A stretch of 45,122 bases of DNA from Octopus bimaculoides (GCF_001194135.2 NC_068989.1:61923109-61968230); one strand, 5' to 3'. Shown: positions 12,897 through 25,542, numbered from the stretch's first letter. Program-made: numbers and translations. Notes: generated from the sequence alone by a model not told the origin.

Positions 12897-13006
12897 TATT
12901 ATTATTATTATTATCATCATTATTATCATCATCATTATTATAATTATTATTATTATTATCATCATCATTATTATAATTATTATTATTATTATCATCATCA
13001 TCATTA
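12897..13006. repeat. (ATT)n/(ATC)n compound microsatellite at the Dong 5' junction
   Basis: Directly visible. Confidence 0.9.
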
Positions 13007-14013
13007 TGAAAGAATTTATTGTAATTAAGTTAGCAGATTTCTGTGTTGATTTTTGGCTTCCTCATCTCCAAAAAATACTTCTGGAATAACACTTTTGCAC
13101 AAAACCACATTGCAGATACACATTCGGATAGAAATTTATGATTAATTACTATGGAAAAATAATGTCACCTTTGTGTTCCAAAACACCATCATCTATTTCG
13201 CTGTAGTTTAATATTTCTGAATTTTGTTACTTTCTTTGCTGAATACACTTTACGGGATTTAAACCTCACTTATCTTACGATGTCGGCTGTTTCCTCTCTC
13301 CATGATCATATCAAGTCTATTGGTTTCCAAACTATAGCATAACGGAATATCTATGAAAGTGTATGTTAACATGCTATAAATTATCATTCATATTTAAAAC
13401 CTGAGGCACTTGTTGATAAAAAATTTGCATAAACTTAAATTCAAGCCTTTCATCAGCCTAGTGCTCTTTTGTTCTCGTGTTTACGTTCATAGAAATTTTG
13501 AGCAAATTAATTGCTGACGATGAATAAAACTCGAGTATATGAGATGCCATCGACACATGAAAAATAGTTAAATCCCCGCAAAAGGCTTTCAGAAACTAGA
13601 GGAACAGAATTGGAGTCCTTTATTTTGACTGTCATCATTTTCATCCCTGAATGTCTAACTTGTACCTGGTGATATTTAATGTGCACCTGCATCCTTTGAA
13701 GAAAGCTTTTTGCTGCTAATTCTTGCGTATTGAATGAGATTTGTTTTCTTATTTAAATTATTTGTAGTCATATTTTGTAATGATCGAATTTGCTTCGTAT
13801 TGATATGAGCCTTGTTTTGTTAGTGTCTTTCAACATAGTACAAGACAACCGTAATTTGTCCATTTATTGATTCTGAATGTATGTGATGAAGATCGATACC
13901 TTTTACGTAGTGTTAGTAGATATCTATCAAAATTATCGCCAATTTTTTTCACACTTATTGCTATTGCTTACTTACAGAAACCAAGCAAGTTGCCCCTCGG
14001 TTTTACCTTTTAC

Positions 14014-14225
14014 TATCATCATCATCATCATCATCGTCATCACCAGCACCACCAGCACCGCCACCACCAGCACCAGTACCACCTTCGCCACTGCCGCCAC
14101 CGCTGCCGCCGCCGCCGTCGCCGTCGCCGCTATCATCATCATCATCATCATCATGAACAGCAGCAGTAGTATCGTTATCATCATCATCATTATCATCATC
14201 ACAACCAATATTATTATTATCGTTA
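14014..14225. repeat. Compound trinucleotide array (ATC, CAC/CAG, CGC, ATC/ATT)
   Basis: Directly visible; it gives rise to poly-His/Arg and poly-Ile/Ala pseudo-ORFs. Confidence 0.9.
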
Positions 14226-15149
14226 CTACTGCTATTCTCTATAAAGTGAAAATGCTTTTAATGTAGTCAGATATTCATCTAGCATCCCGCAGAGAAGAGG
14301 ATAAAACAGGTTAAAACATTCCAAAATTAAATATGAATAAAAACAATGACAAACGTTTTAATATATAGACTAATCAATAAAACATAGAACTTGTTTGGTA
14401 CTTTAATAGTATACAAGAACTCAGATTGAGGCTAAATCTGCTGATTACGCTAAATACGAAACATTTCGTATTTTGGCGTAATATTCTCTTACAATTCCTA
14501 TCATAAGTCTCGGTTATACTAACAAAAAAACATCTAACAAGATGCTAAGATCACAATCTTTATCCGTAAGTAATATAGCTGTTATATAAAAGGTACCCAA
14601 TGATAAAAGCTTCTTGTTTTGTTTTTTTTCCATTTCTTTAAATTGCCAAGCAATTTGATGTCATTTCTACGATACCATTTTGAGGATTTCATAATTATCG
14701 TTACACTGTCTGACTGAATATACACGATAAAGATTCAACATCATGAAACATGTAGATATAGACATGTTGGGGTATAGTAAATACGCTTACGAGCGCTGAG
14801 AGTGGAACTGATAGACATAAACTTGAGAGAGTCGTTCTTGGACAAGACAGCACGCTATGATCTCTAGCAAATCATTTAAATGCATGTCGATCCAACCTAT
14901 TCTGTAATATAAGCACCAAATAAATACAGCGGCTACCCTTTCTCTCTCTCTCTCTCTATTGATGTCAAATTCCCAATGCTCCATTCAGTCAAGATTTTTT
15001 CTCTCTCTATATATATATATATAAATATATATAGGATGCTGAGATTAATCTGTCATCTAAATTACGAAAAATTAAAATAACACTGACATCTCATTTTAGC
15101 TGTTATATTTACCAAAATTACATAAAATATCTTGAAATACAGAAGAATA

Positions 15150-15730
15150 AATTTATTTAATAAAATCGACATTGGCTTCAACCGTGACCACCAGACGACT
15201 TCGGAATCTCCTGCAACTCTTCTGGACAGTGTATTTGTTTACACGGGTCAATACTACCATAATCATTGCTGTTACAAGGAGTTGTGTTGGTCTCCCGCTG
15301 CACTGCGCCCCACACATAATAATGAAGAGGTTGGCATATTCAAGAATTAGGTGTCCAGATGTGAGGGGTGATGTAGTCGCAGGAATTGCTTGTGTGGCAT
15401 GGTGCAGAATCATGTTGCCAGACATAGGGTGTTCCAGTAGCCACCCTCTTCACCTAGAGCTGCCATACCTCCTCCTCCAGGCACTTGATGTAGGTCTCCG
15501 TGTTGAGTGTGTGGTTGTGTGAAAAGATGAATGGATGTATAACGTTGCCATTGCCAGTCATCACTCCGAATAACTATGATATTGACGGAATGATTCATTT
15601 TTATCAACCTTGGTACATGTCTTGTGATTGCAGAGTTCTCAGACTCACACCGAAACACTCTGAAATGTTCTGGTAGAATGAATTGCGTCATGGTTCTGTT
15701 TTTCTCACAGACGGTGTTCAACTGACCCTA
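15150..15730 (-). mobile_element. Tc1/mariner superfamily (DD37D/maT-like) transposase C-terminal fragment
   Basis: Across frameshifts: HPFIF..LNTETYIKCLEE..PYVWQHDSAPCHTSN..IWTPNS..PLHYYVWGAVQRETN..VQKSCRRFRSRLVVTVEANVDFIK*. Confidence 0.8.
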
Positions 15731-15959
15731 CTATACTATGTAGTCGGCAAAATCAAACAATATTCAATGCACATGCGTGAAATAAGAAATATAAAATAGC
15801 TACAGTTAAAACATCGCACGCTGTATATATATGGGCGTGTGTGTGTGTACGCATATATGTATGTATTTACCTACGTATCTGACTCTCTCTATCTCTCTCT
15901 CTCTCTCTGTATATATATATATATATATGCACCCAGAGAGAATGCTTTCTCGGCCTACA

Positions 15960-16780
15960 TCCAACCATCGCACTTTCTCTGCATTCACTGCCTACTTCTC
16001 ACTACTATACAGTAGCAACACTAATTAGCAGACCATTAAGAGAGGATCCCCTCAACACCATCAGAAGCTATGGTTCCCTGAACATTTCGACTTTCTCCAT
16101 GTTCTTACGACTATAATTTCAGAGGACGAATACCCCTCCACAGTTGATTAGTGTCGTGTAGGTAGTGGACGCTATGAACTACATCTATAGCGCTTTCTAA
16201 ACACTGAAGCGGTTTTTTTCTTTAATCTGACTGCTTTCTACCCCTGCATGTCCGACATTATAAATGTCTATATTTGCCGCCAGCTCAACTCTTGATATCA
16301 GAATATCTCTTATGCTCTTATATTTCACGTCGTGTACACCGTATAGAATTCCTATTTATTCGTTGACAACATATAAACCAGAACCAATTGCCTGAATGTA
16401 TCAAACACTGCCAGTTCTCCACTTTATGAGTTATTGCTCTTCAATTTCAGTATGAGTGTTTCAAGATTCGATGTTGCTATTCCGAGTCTTCAAGGATTTT
16501 CAGTGAGCCAACTCTTAACCAACTCGTGATATATTTTCATTTTTACTCTTCCGTACTTTACACATTTCACGTTCAGCAGGTACTGATTCGTAATTCGGAA
16601 TACTTTTTGCATCAGACTCATTGCAGAACACAGACACTTCTGTTTCATGTTTTTTGTTGGAGCTATGTATATAAGCTATCCAGTTTTTCCTCTTCGCTAT
16701 GTGATATAGTTCTTAACCATTTTCTTTCTTTACCTGTCTTTTAACATTTTTGTTTTATTTTCCTGCTATCTTAAGTGCTT
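15960..16780 (-). mobile_element. Highly decayed RTE-like LINE fragment
   Basis: Residual motifs similar to LEVVDSFxYLGD..GGG and YGSETWA in broken frames. Confidence 0.45.
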
Positions 16781-18039
16781 TCCCACCAGCATGTTACCAT
16801 GTGTCTGGAGGATAGACACGCACACACTCACACAGCTACACCCATACGCATATATAAGCACACATACATATACGTATGCACACACGCACAGACATAAAGT
16901 CTAACTTGCATACATATATATATTCGGAGAATGCTTATTAATCGATATCAACTGGCAAGCAAGGTGATAATCAATAACGAAATAAATATGTGAAATTGTT
17001 CATTTAGTCTACAGTGCTGCAAAGTTTCACATCAAATATGAACTGTCATCGACGATGCGGCATTTGATACCGCAATATTACACCCCATTACATACGTCAT
17101 GGTGTTGCAATTAAAAAATAAAAAAAATAAAAACGTGTTGTTTGTCATATGTACGGAGACCGACATCACACACATACACATAAACGCACACAAACACAGA
17201 AAGAACCGTATATATATATATATATCTATATATATATATATATATATATATAAATATATATAGTGGGGAGTTTCTATGTCTGTCTGTGATCATGGTTACA
17301 GGTTTAATCGCTGGCGGCCTGATCATGGAAGAGGAAATTCTGGTGTACATGGTGTCAGTAACAGACACCATAAGATTGAGCTCGCATTATCATTTTGTAA
17401 AGAACACTGCACATCATTTGTAGGAGTGTGTGATCGCTTTCTATAAAACATATCGGAACGTTAACCTTACAACGTATGTAAATAGGGCAGTCGTGATAAG
17501 CATACCCACTTCAGGTAAGATATAATGTTGAAATGTATTGTATATCTAACATCTTAAGTTTGTAGAAAAGTCCTCATGCCTTAGTAGTGCTCTCTTGTTA
17601 GTAGATCCGTCGACAATGAAACACCATTAAAACTAGAAAAAAAACCCAACAGAATTTGCGATCTTATAAAGAAAAGAGTGCATAGATATTACATTAAATC
17701 GTAAACAGATTTTATGAATGATGCTTAGCTATAACTGTTACAGGCTATGGGTATATTTTGCAGTAAACATAGGATGTCTTCAAGACTGGCATTATCCGAA
17801 CATACTTCAGTATCACCTCAAATTGTATATGTATTTTATCTTCTAAGGTTGGTTGATCACAGAATGACTAAGCAACTAGCTGATGATGTCTTTTCCTTTC
17901 GTGAATCGGATACGAGACAAGCCCAATGACTATTAAGGACTACCTTAACATATACTTACATAATTAAAATTAGCTATTACTCTAATCACTTCCAATCACA
18001 TTCCTTAGAATATCGTGTTAAGGTAGACGCTTCTTAAGG

Positions 18040-18190
18040 ACTACTTCATCGAAGTCTGTCGAACAAATTAAAATAATGTGAATACGCCAACGACAACCTA
18101 AACACACACCTCGTAAATGCGAACTACCTGAAGGTGGTGCCCAAGCATGGACGCATTCTGATGACTGAAACAAGTAAAAGTTTAGACAAA
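18040..18190 (+). mobile_element. SINE 3' portion
   Basis: Ends gaaggtggtgcccaagcatggacgcattctgatgactgaaacaagtaaaag; similar to the copy at ~28090-28160. Confidence 0.6.
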
Positions 18191-19051
18191 AGATGGCTTT
18201 AAAACTATGCTAACGTAGGGTGCATTCGTCATTTCAAAACAAACCAACACAATTCACAATAAAGTTTTAATGACGCATGGGGTCCTAGATACAATAAATC
18301 TTACAAACACTTACAGGCCACTTACAGGACTATCATGTGTAAATACGTGAACAGAAGGAGCATCAAGTTTACTTAGTGATATGTGGCCAATATTTCTAAC
18401 CATCTTTGAATCAAATTTTATTTGCAAGCACGCATTTGATCAGTTGTTTTTAATCGTATCACTTACGAATTTGAAATCATATTTGTTGGATAGGTGCTAA
18501 CACACTCTTGCACACGTTCACATACATGCCTAGCTGATGAGCTTTAAGTGTGAATTCGGTACAGAAAGCGAATTCAATTGATACTGGGATATCTACCCTC
18601 GTATTTTTAGTTTTACAAATTGGGACGTCAATTGTTCTAAATGAATTTGCTACAGTCTCCATGCGTTTTTACATATAGTGAAAGGTACGTGGTTTTGGAG
18701 AGTTTTAACTCTGCTTTCAAGCAAACAGATACATAGTGTACCTTGACTTTTAATATATATATATATATATATATACATACGGAGAGAGATGTAGAGAGAC
18801 AATGACAGAAAGACAGAGAAAGACAGAGAAAGACAGAGAGACAGAGCAGGAGAGAGAGAGCAGGTTAGAGAGAGAGAAATACTGATAATGATAAAGGGAA
18901 AATATTGACCTAGAGTACACCAAATCTTACATGGAAGCTAATTTGATAATACCCAGGTAATTTCCTGTGTAATATTAGTGCATAAGTCAGCCACGTTCAT
19001 GCGTGCATATGTATTTGTGTGTAATGTGAATAATGTAGATATTAATTAAGC

Positions 19052-19480
19052 ATTTAAAATTTGGCTCAAGGTCAGCAATTTCCGGAGAGAAGGTACATTA
19101 ATTACATCCATCCAAGTTCTCAACAGGTAAATATTTCATCGACCCAATAGTATGAAAAACAAAATCGACCTAGGCAGAATTTGAACCCAGACCCTGAAGA
19201 TGAATGAAATACCGTTAATTATTCGCTCGGTGTGCTAACGATTCTGCCAACTTGCCGCCTTTGGTTTCAAATTTTGGTACGAGACCAACAAGTTCGGCGG
19301 GGGTGGGATAAGTCCATTACTTAGGGCCACAGTGTTCAACTTGTACTTAAATTATCGAAATCGAAAGGATGAAAGACAAAGTTGACCTCGGTGGAATTTA
19401 AATTCAGAACGTGGAGGCAGACGAGATGCCGCGAAGTATTGTGCTCGGGGAACTCACGATACTGCCTGCTCTCAGACTTA
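19052..19480 (-). mobile_element. Two head-to-tail copies of a tRNA-derived SINE
   Basis: Minus strand has tggcagaatcgttagc (A-box-like) and gggttcaaattc (B-box). The ~210-bp unit is repeated and is also similar to 36010-36180. Confidence 0.7.
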
Positions 19481-20881
19481 GATGTAAATATTAATTAATG
19501 ATGAAACGTCAACAGCTCAAACGTGCAAATTACTGTAACTACTACTGTACTAGCGTTATTTGTGAGTGCTTTATAAACAACTGGTTTGTGAAATTGATTA
19601 AAGAAGGCATGGAGGATTCTTTTCTTGGCAAAGATTAAATCTCTTGATCAGAAGACGTAGTTCTGGGTCCTGTGATGTACGTTGTGTTGTGCTTAATATA
19701 TATACGCTCACAAACAAATATACATTGTGTTTTTCTTGATTCTCCTTTGTCATTTCCTCATTCTTCCACCTTGTCTACTACTTTTTATTCTGATAATTTG
19801 TTTGGTAAATTATTAAGTCCCTCCACAAATTTCTTCTCTACCTAAAGCAAACCCTTCACTGAATCCCTTATAAGTCAGGCAATACAATACCGTTAGACAA
19901 AATTCAAATCTCAGTTAACATGAAACCAGCGACACACAAGCACACACACCCTCTTCCCAACATATATATTTATGTGTATGTGTGGTCTTCTTCATATATC
20001 TGTGCATGTATTTCCATGTGTGTGTGTTTGCGTTTTCCTCGACGTAATCTCTGCGAGTTTGAAGCAAAATATTCGTTTCAATTGTTTTTGTAACATTCCC
20101 TTACTATTTATTTGGAAAGAAAAAGAAAAGTACAAAAACCTGTACATAAAAAATAACATTTGTAATGTGAATGTGCTATTAACCGAGATATCACTGCACT
20201 TCACTGCAAGCAGTCTCATTATAATATGATATTTTGATTGTAAAGGATTATTCTACCGATTTCCAATTTCACTTTATTGGAATGAATATTTTTCTTTCAT
20301 TCATCTGTAGCAATTTTTCTACAATTTTTTAAAAAAGAGAAATATATATTCTTAAAACTATTTCAATTAAGGAATCATTTCTCGACGTATTACATGATCC
20401 TTTCAGAAATGTTTGGAAAGATGCCGTCTAATTTCTGCTTGACTTTTTAATCCTATCACGTCAAGAATGATAAATGGAGACACAGGGGAAAAAAAATATT
20501 TGGTATTAATGGAAGTGGAGTGGAAATGAAATTGTACTGAATTTGTATTATATTGCTGTTTCTTTTACATTGAAAATATAAAAGGAATGAATAAGACATT
20601 GAAAATCGTAACTATCGATTTACAATTGAAATATAAATTTCTAATACGCTGTATTTTTATGATCAAAGTTGTATTACATAGAAAGATGATTGGTGACAAA
20701 TAAGATGCAGTAAGTAAAGGTGTCTAATAAACGGAATACTTGATTAAGTAGTTGATGGGTTTAAATGAAATGGGATCACATATATTGTTCATCAGTTGTA
20801 ATTGTAGTTGAGTAGAGGTCATCCGGGTTTACCAAGTTTGTGTGGAAAATTTGAAAATTTGAGAAAATTTGATTGAATTGT

Positions 20882-22660
20882 TGCCTGTTACAGGCATAGT
20901 GTGTGTGGCTGGCTGCTGGTGGGCGTTTCTATGAAATAACCAAGTTCAGCAAGCGGAAACCACCTCAAGATTTTTGATCACTTCGGTCGCTGGACTATTG
21001 AGTGTTTATTTCACTGCAACGGAGTACCAGTTCAAGCCAGGGCTGCAGTACGGTGTAGCCCATTTTGTTCCTGTCAAAGATTCTGTGTTTTTTCCTTTTT
21101 TAAAAATTCTCTTTCTTTACTTTTTCCTTGAATTTTTTCCTTCTTTTTCTCTTCCTCCTTTTTTTTTTGAACTGTTTTTGTTTCGTTTATTGAACTATTT
21201 CTTTTTTTCTGAACTGTCATTATTTTGAGATTTTTTCGTGAACAGTTATTTCCTATTTGAACCTTTACTTAAGACAGGAAAAAAGTTAAGGCAAGACTAC
21301 TGCTTTGGAGTGGGAGATTTCAGGGAAAGAACCGCGGTGTTGAGGACGTACTTTGAGTCATTCGACAATATTACGGTCTTTCCCTCAGTTGAAATTGAGA
21401 AAGAGTTGGCAGAATATCTTCCAACCATTAAGTTTATGGCCTGAGGTGNNNNNNNNNNNNNNNNNNNNNNNNNNNNNNNNNNNNNNNNNNNNNNNNNNNN
21501 NNNNNNNNNNNNNNNNNNNNNNNNNNNNNNNNNNNNNNNNNNNNNNNNNNNNNNNNNNNNNNNNNNNNNNNNNNNNNNNNNNNNNNNNNNNNNNNNNNNN
21601 NNNNNNNNNNNNNNNNNNNNNNNNNNNNNNNNNNNNNNNNNNNNNNNNNNNNNAACCCGATTTGATAGAGGATACTATCCGCTGGGGTCTGGATGGCAGC
21701 GGTCCCAAGATCCTAAACGTAAAATTTTTGCCTATGGCTGATTGGGTTGGATCAAAAGCTCTTTTGACCCTGTGGATCCAATCAGCCAAAGATCTGGTCT
21801 TCCCAGATTTTTTAAGGATGGCCGAGCACAGGTATCCGGTGACCTTGAGGGACGCCCCCCCCCCAAACAAAAGAGGTGTCCCCTGTGCCTGGAACCTAGC
21901 CACATTAAGAAAAACTGTCCCCAGGATCAGAGTAGGGTCCTGGAGCAGTTAATAAACGTAGTTCCCCCCACTTTCCCACTGGAGGGAGAGACGGAGGAAG
22001 TCGATGAGGCGGAAACCTCCTCGAAGAAAGGAAAAAAGAAAGAAGTGGACAATAATTGTTGCCCACAGAAGGCTGTGGGGAGGAGGATGACCTTCAGCTT
22101 AAGGTGGAAGTGCCCCTACTCCCGTAGCCCCCCAAAAAAAGAAAAAAAGGAAGAACGGGACACAGTCGACGCTTGATAACGCATCGCCGGCGTGTCCCGA
22201 TGGTCCGTTGGTGGGAATTGTGTCACTAACAGAGGAAAGCCTGTCGGTGGGAAGTGTGCTGCTGACAGTAGAAACTGAGGCCTCGCTCAATGAGGAGGAG
22301 GAACTTGTAATCCTATTCCACAAGGGAGGGGCCGTCCAAGAATTTGTTATGAAGATTACTAGGAAAGGTCGGAGGGGAGGGATCCTCACCCGTACCAAGG
22401 ACCCTGATTGGTCTCTGCAGCTGTGGGGAAAAAAAAACTTGTACAAGGTGATGGGTTCCTTCCCCGAGGATGTTATTCCGCTTCATGCTGAAGTGGCCGT
22501 GCCTAGAACCATCAAGGTGCTTGAGTGAAGCGCTAACTATTGTCAAGCGGTAAAGTGTAAGAGGACGAGTGCCTCAGTTCAAGGACTTAATATAAAAGGA
22601 TATTGTGAAGTAAGAGGTTTATAGCCTCAATTGGTAACTTTGTGTAATTTATAAAAAGAA
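20882..22660 (+). mobile_element. L1/Tx1-like ORF1 (gag-like CX2CX4HX4C knuckle) retroelement, no ORF2 visible; contains gap 21449-21653
   Basis: GC-rich island. VFPDFLRMAEHRYPVTLRDAPP, then a frameshift at poly-C into RCPLCLEPSHIKKNCP, followed by an acidic/basic low-complexity tail. Last stop at 22528. Boundaries are approximate. Confidence 0.7.
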
Positions 22661-22989
22661 CAATGTTTTAGAGAAGCAGAGTTCGGCGGGTGGCTTCTGT
22701 CTTCTACTAATACCATCATGTTTATCATTCATCGCACCTCATTAATGTGTCTGTCCAGACGGCAACTACTCTTTGTACTGCCTTTATGGCAAATAAAATG
22801 CAAGTAGTTGTAATTGCTAGAATAACTATCCCTATTATACTCGAATTCTTTCAGTTTATTTTACAAAATTCTTTTAAAAAACTTTGTATAAAGAAATAAC
22901 TGTATTTGAGAATCTCTTTCTCCACAATATTTCATTTAACCTGATGATTTGTTGGATGCGCAAGACCAAATGTTGGACACCAACTAGAA

Positions 22990-23430
22990 GGTCGACCTTA
23001 GGAATAAGAGAATGTCTCTACTGTGCCGCATGTGTAAGAGAGTTGCATAAAACCAGTATAAGTTGTGACGAAACGGTGATGTACCAGTTGCATTAGACAC
23101 CATGCAGAATGTTGAATCTAACGTGGTATGAGCACAAACCGCAGAGTGTGACAGAGCTGGAGACCTGCAAAATCCTGTGGGATTTCCTAAACATAACAAA
23201 TCAGGAGCTAGCGAATAACAAGTTGTGGTACTCGTGTTTGAAAACGTGTACCACATATGCTATAATATTGATGTGTAGGACCATATTTGCGCTGCGAGTA
23301 ATCAAGAAGAAAGGCGAATAAATAGATATATGTCAACCACTTAAGTACGAAATAGTCTGACTATGGAAAATAAAGAAGGTGAAAACAGTGCCAATCATTT
23401 TCGTGTCCTTGGGGACAATATCAGATGGTG
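22990..23430 (+). mobile_element. Decayed R4/Dong-like restriction-like endonuclease fragment
   Basis: WYEHKPQSVTELETCKILWDF..RVIKKKGE..LKYEI..LWKIKKVKTVPII..LGTI; same domain order as the element at 11830-12895. Confidence 0.7.
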
Positions 23431-23449
23431 TCAAAATCAAGCAATTGCA

Positions 23450-23522
23450 TAAATTCCCGCGGTACAGGACAGAACCCGAAACTATGTTTGCAAAGCGAGT
23501 TTCTTAACCACACAACCGATAT
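23450..23522 (-). mobile_element. tRNA-derived SINE head fragment
   Basis: Minus strand ggttgtgtggttaagaaactcgctttgcaaacatagtttcgggttctgtcc has A-box and B-box-like motifs. Confidence 0.5.
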
Positions 23523-24166
23523 AAATCAATCCTTCATTGACTCCTCCACTCACCCTGTGTTTCATATAGATGTAGAGGGAGGGTGCATAGAAAAGAGATA
23601 GAATGAATGTTAATATAAGCGATAAAGGATGAATGCACAGACAACGCTTAGAGGCAGTCAATGTGTAAATGAATGCTATTCAGAGAACTAAAAGAGAAAA
23701 AAAAAATCATAGAAAGAAAAGAGAAGAGGAAAATGTGGAGGAGTGAGAGTAAATGAGTAGTTATGAGAAGAGTTATACCAATGGGACATTTGCATTATGT
23801 TATTATATTGTAATGTAATAAATATTTTCTATTGAAAACTTATATTGTTTTCATTACTCTGTATAAGCACCAAGACATCCGAGAAAATTAAATAATTTAT
23901 TGTATACAAACCATATCATTTTTCATATTGGTATAATAGCAATGTGTACTTTTACACTACGTACATAATTTTCTAATGAAGGTATCTGATTTTAGTTATT
24001 AAAGAGCTAACAAAACCTTACCCAGCTGCATTTAATAAGACTATCAAGATATGAACATGGATGCACTTTAATCGAAGTTCAATATTGTATGACAGATTGT
24101 TCACTCCTGAAACATGCACAAAATATTTACGGTAATTTTAAGGAAAAGAAATGTGCAGCTGCTTAC

Positions 24167-24234
24167 CATGTCTATTTCTGTGACAGGACCCATGCTTCGA
24201 ATGAGTATATGTGCCCGGATGTAAAGCGGTTTAC
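24167..24234 (-). CDS. Internal coding exon (68 nt, phase 1 to phase 0) of the same Cys-loop receptor subunit
   Basis: Acceptor tttatcatttatag, donor ATG|gtaagc. Translates (G)KPLYIRAHILIRSMGPVTEIDM, which joins in frame to SYSMQLYYRQ. SMGPVxExDM is typical of Grd/GABA-A alpha-like subunits, and the 68-nt size matches the conserved GABA-A exon. Confidence 0.95.
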
Positions 24235-25542
24235 CTATAAATGATAAACAATTTCAATATTAATATCTGTGTTAAATTGAAAATTATGTAGGTTCCATTT
24301 GCTCTCTCACCTATTTCCTCCCTAAATATAATTCACACTTCAGAACTGATATGCAGTAATATCTAGCGTTGATGATCTTGAAGTATATATCCTACCAAGT
24401 ACCAGAGAGACTTTGTCATGTGACAAGATGAAGCCACATCTATTACAAAGTCATTACAATTATTTGACAAATTTACGGATGAAATAACAAAGAGAAACTT
24501 TGTGCACGGTTTTTGTTAATTGACACCCATTACACAGTGATTCTAGAGCATTTAACTTGTATAACAAAAAATAATTTCAACATAGCCTATGTAAAATATA
24601 TTGTTTTGAATTATTATTATTTTCATTATTATTATTATCATTATTATTATTATTATTATTATTGTTATTGTTATTCACAATTCATGACGAAAAAATGCAT
24701 CGTTTATTCACTTGATTCACTGACTTGATCATACCGTTCTCGTTAGTAAAGCTTCTTCTGTACAATATATAGCTCTTTTGCGAGGCATTTAAATAGGAAA
24801 AAATAACTAGGTGTATTATAGTAACTTGGTGTTCTACTTCGTTGCTACAAAACCGTGATAATACTTTCCTGTTTTATAGGATTTTCCTAGCTTGCGAAAA
24901 ATTAAAGATTTTGATGTGTGATTGATGGCGCTCAAAAATTAACATCAAACTACAGCGTAGCTTGAAGACAGCTAATGATTTCGCAGTTGAATGTATGTAG
25001 CTGCCACATAAAATGGTAGCAAAATTATGAGAATAATTGGAAGATCAATACAATTGTTGCTGCGATTCAAGCATTGTCGCGGTGCTTTCGATAACTAGTC
25101 AAAACTGATCTGATATAATTGTATGTTTGACATTACAAATTATCGTTCTCTATGTAGTTCCGCACCATTATTTCGTGCACATGCCTCCTATACTTTATAC
25201 TCTTTATTAGGAGGTGTCTTTTCTGTGTGTTAAAAGAATATGAGGCTACTATCAGCTGTCTTGTTTAGATATCTCCACTGACGTGGTATCTCGTTGTTTG
25301 CATTTAACTACATTACAGTGACATTGTGTATTTTCAAGTTATTTGAAATTAAATGAAATGGCAAGGATATAAGATAAAATGGAATGTTTTAATTTAGCTT
25401 TAGATAATCATTTTTCCATTCTTTTCTTTTCCAACCCACATTTCATCATTGCACCCAAGGAGGAGAAATAGTTGATTAATATTGAAACCGTTTCACCACT
25501 AACTTATTCGTATCATATATTATTATATGTTTATCTCTACAG

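Larger units (their letters stand above)
6195..24166 (-). other. ~18 kb GT-AG intron between the two channel exons
   Basis: Bounded by the donor at 24166 and the acceptor at 6195; phases are compatible (0/0). Contains three N-gaps, so the true length is uncertain. Confidence 0.85.

Noticed and set aside
17111-17460. Moderately GC-rich segment with short open frames on both strands
   Set aside because: No recognisable domain or splice pair; cannot be assigned.
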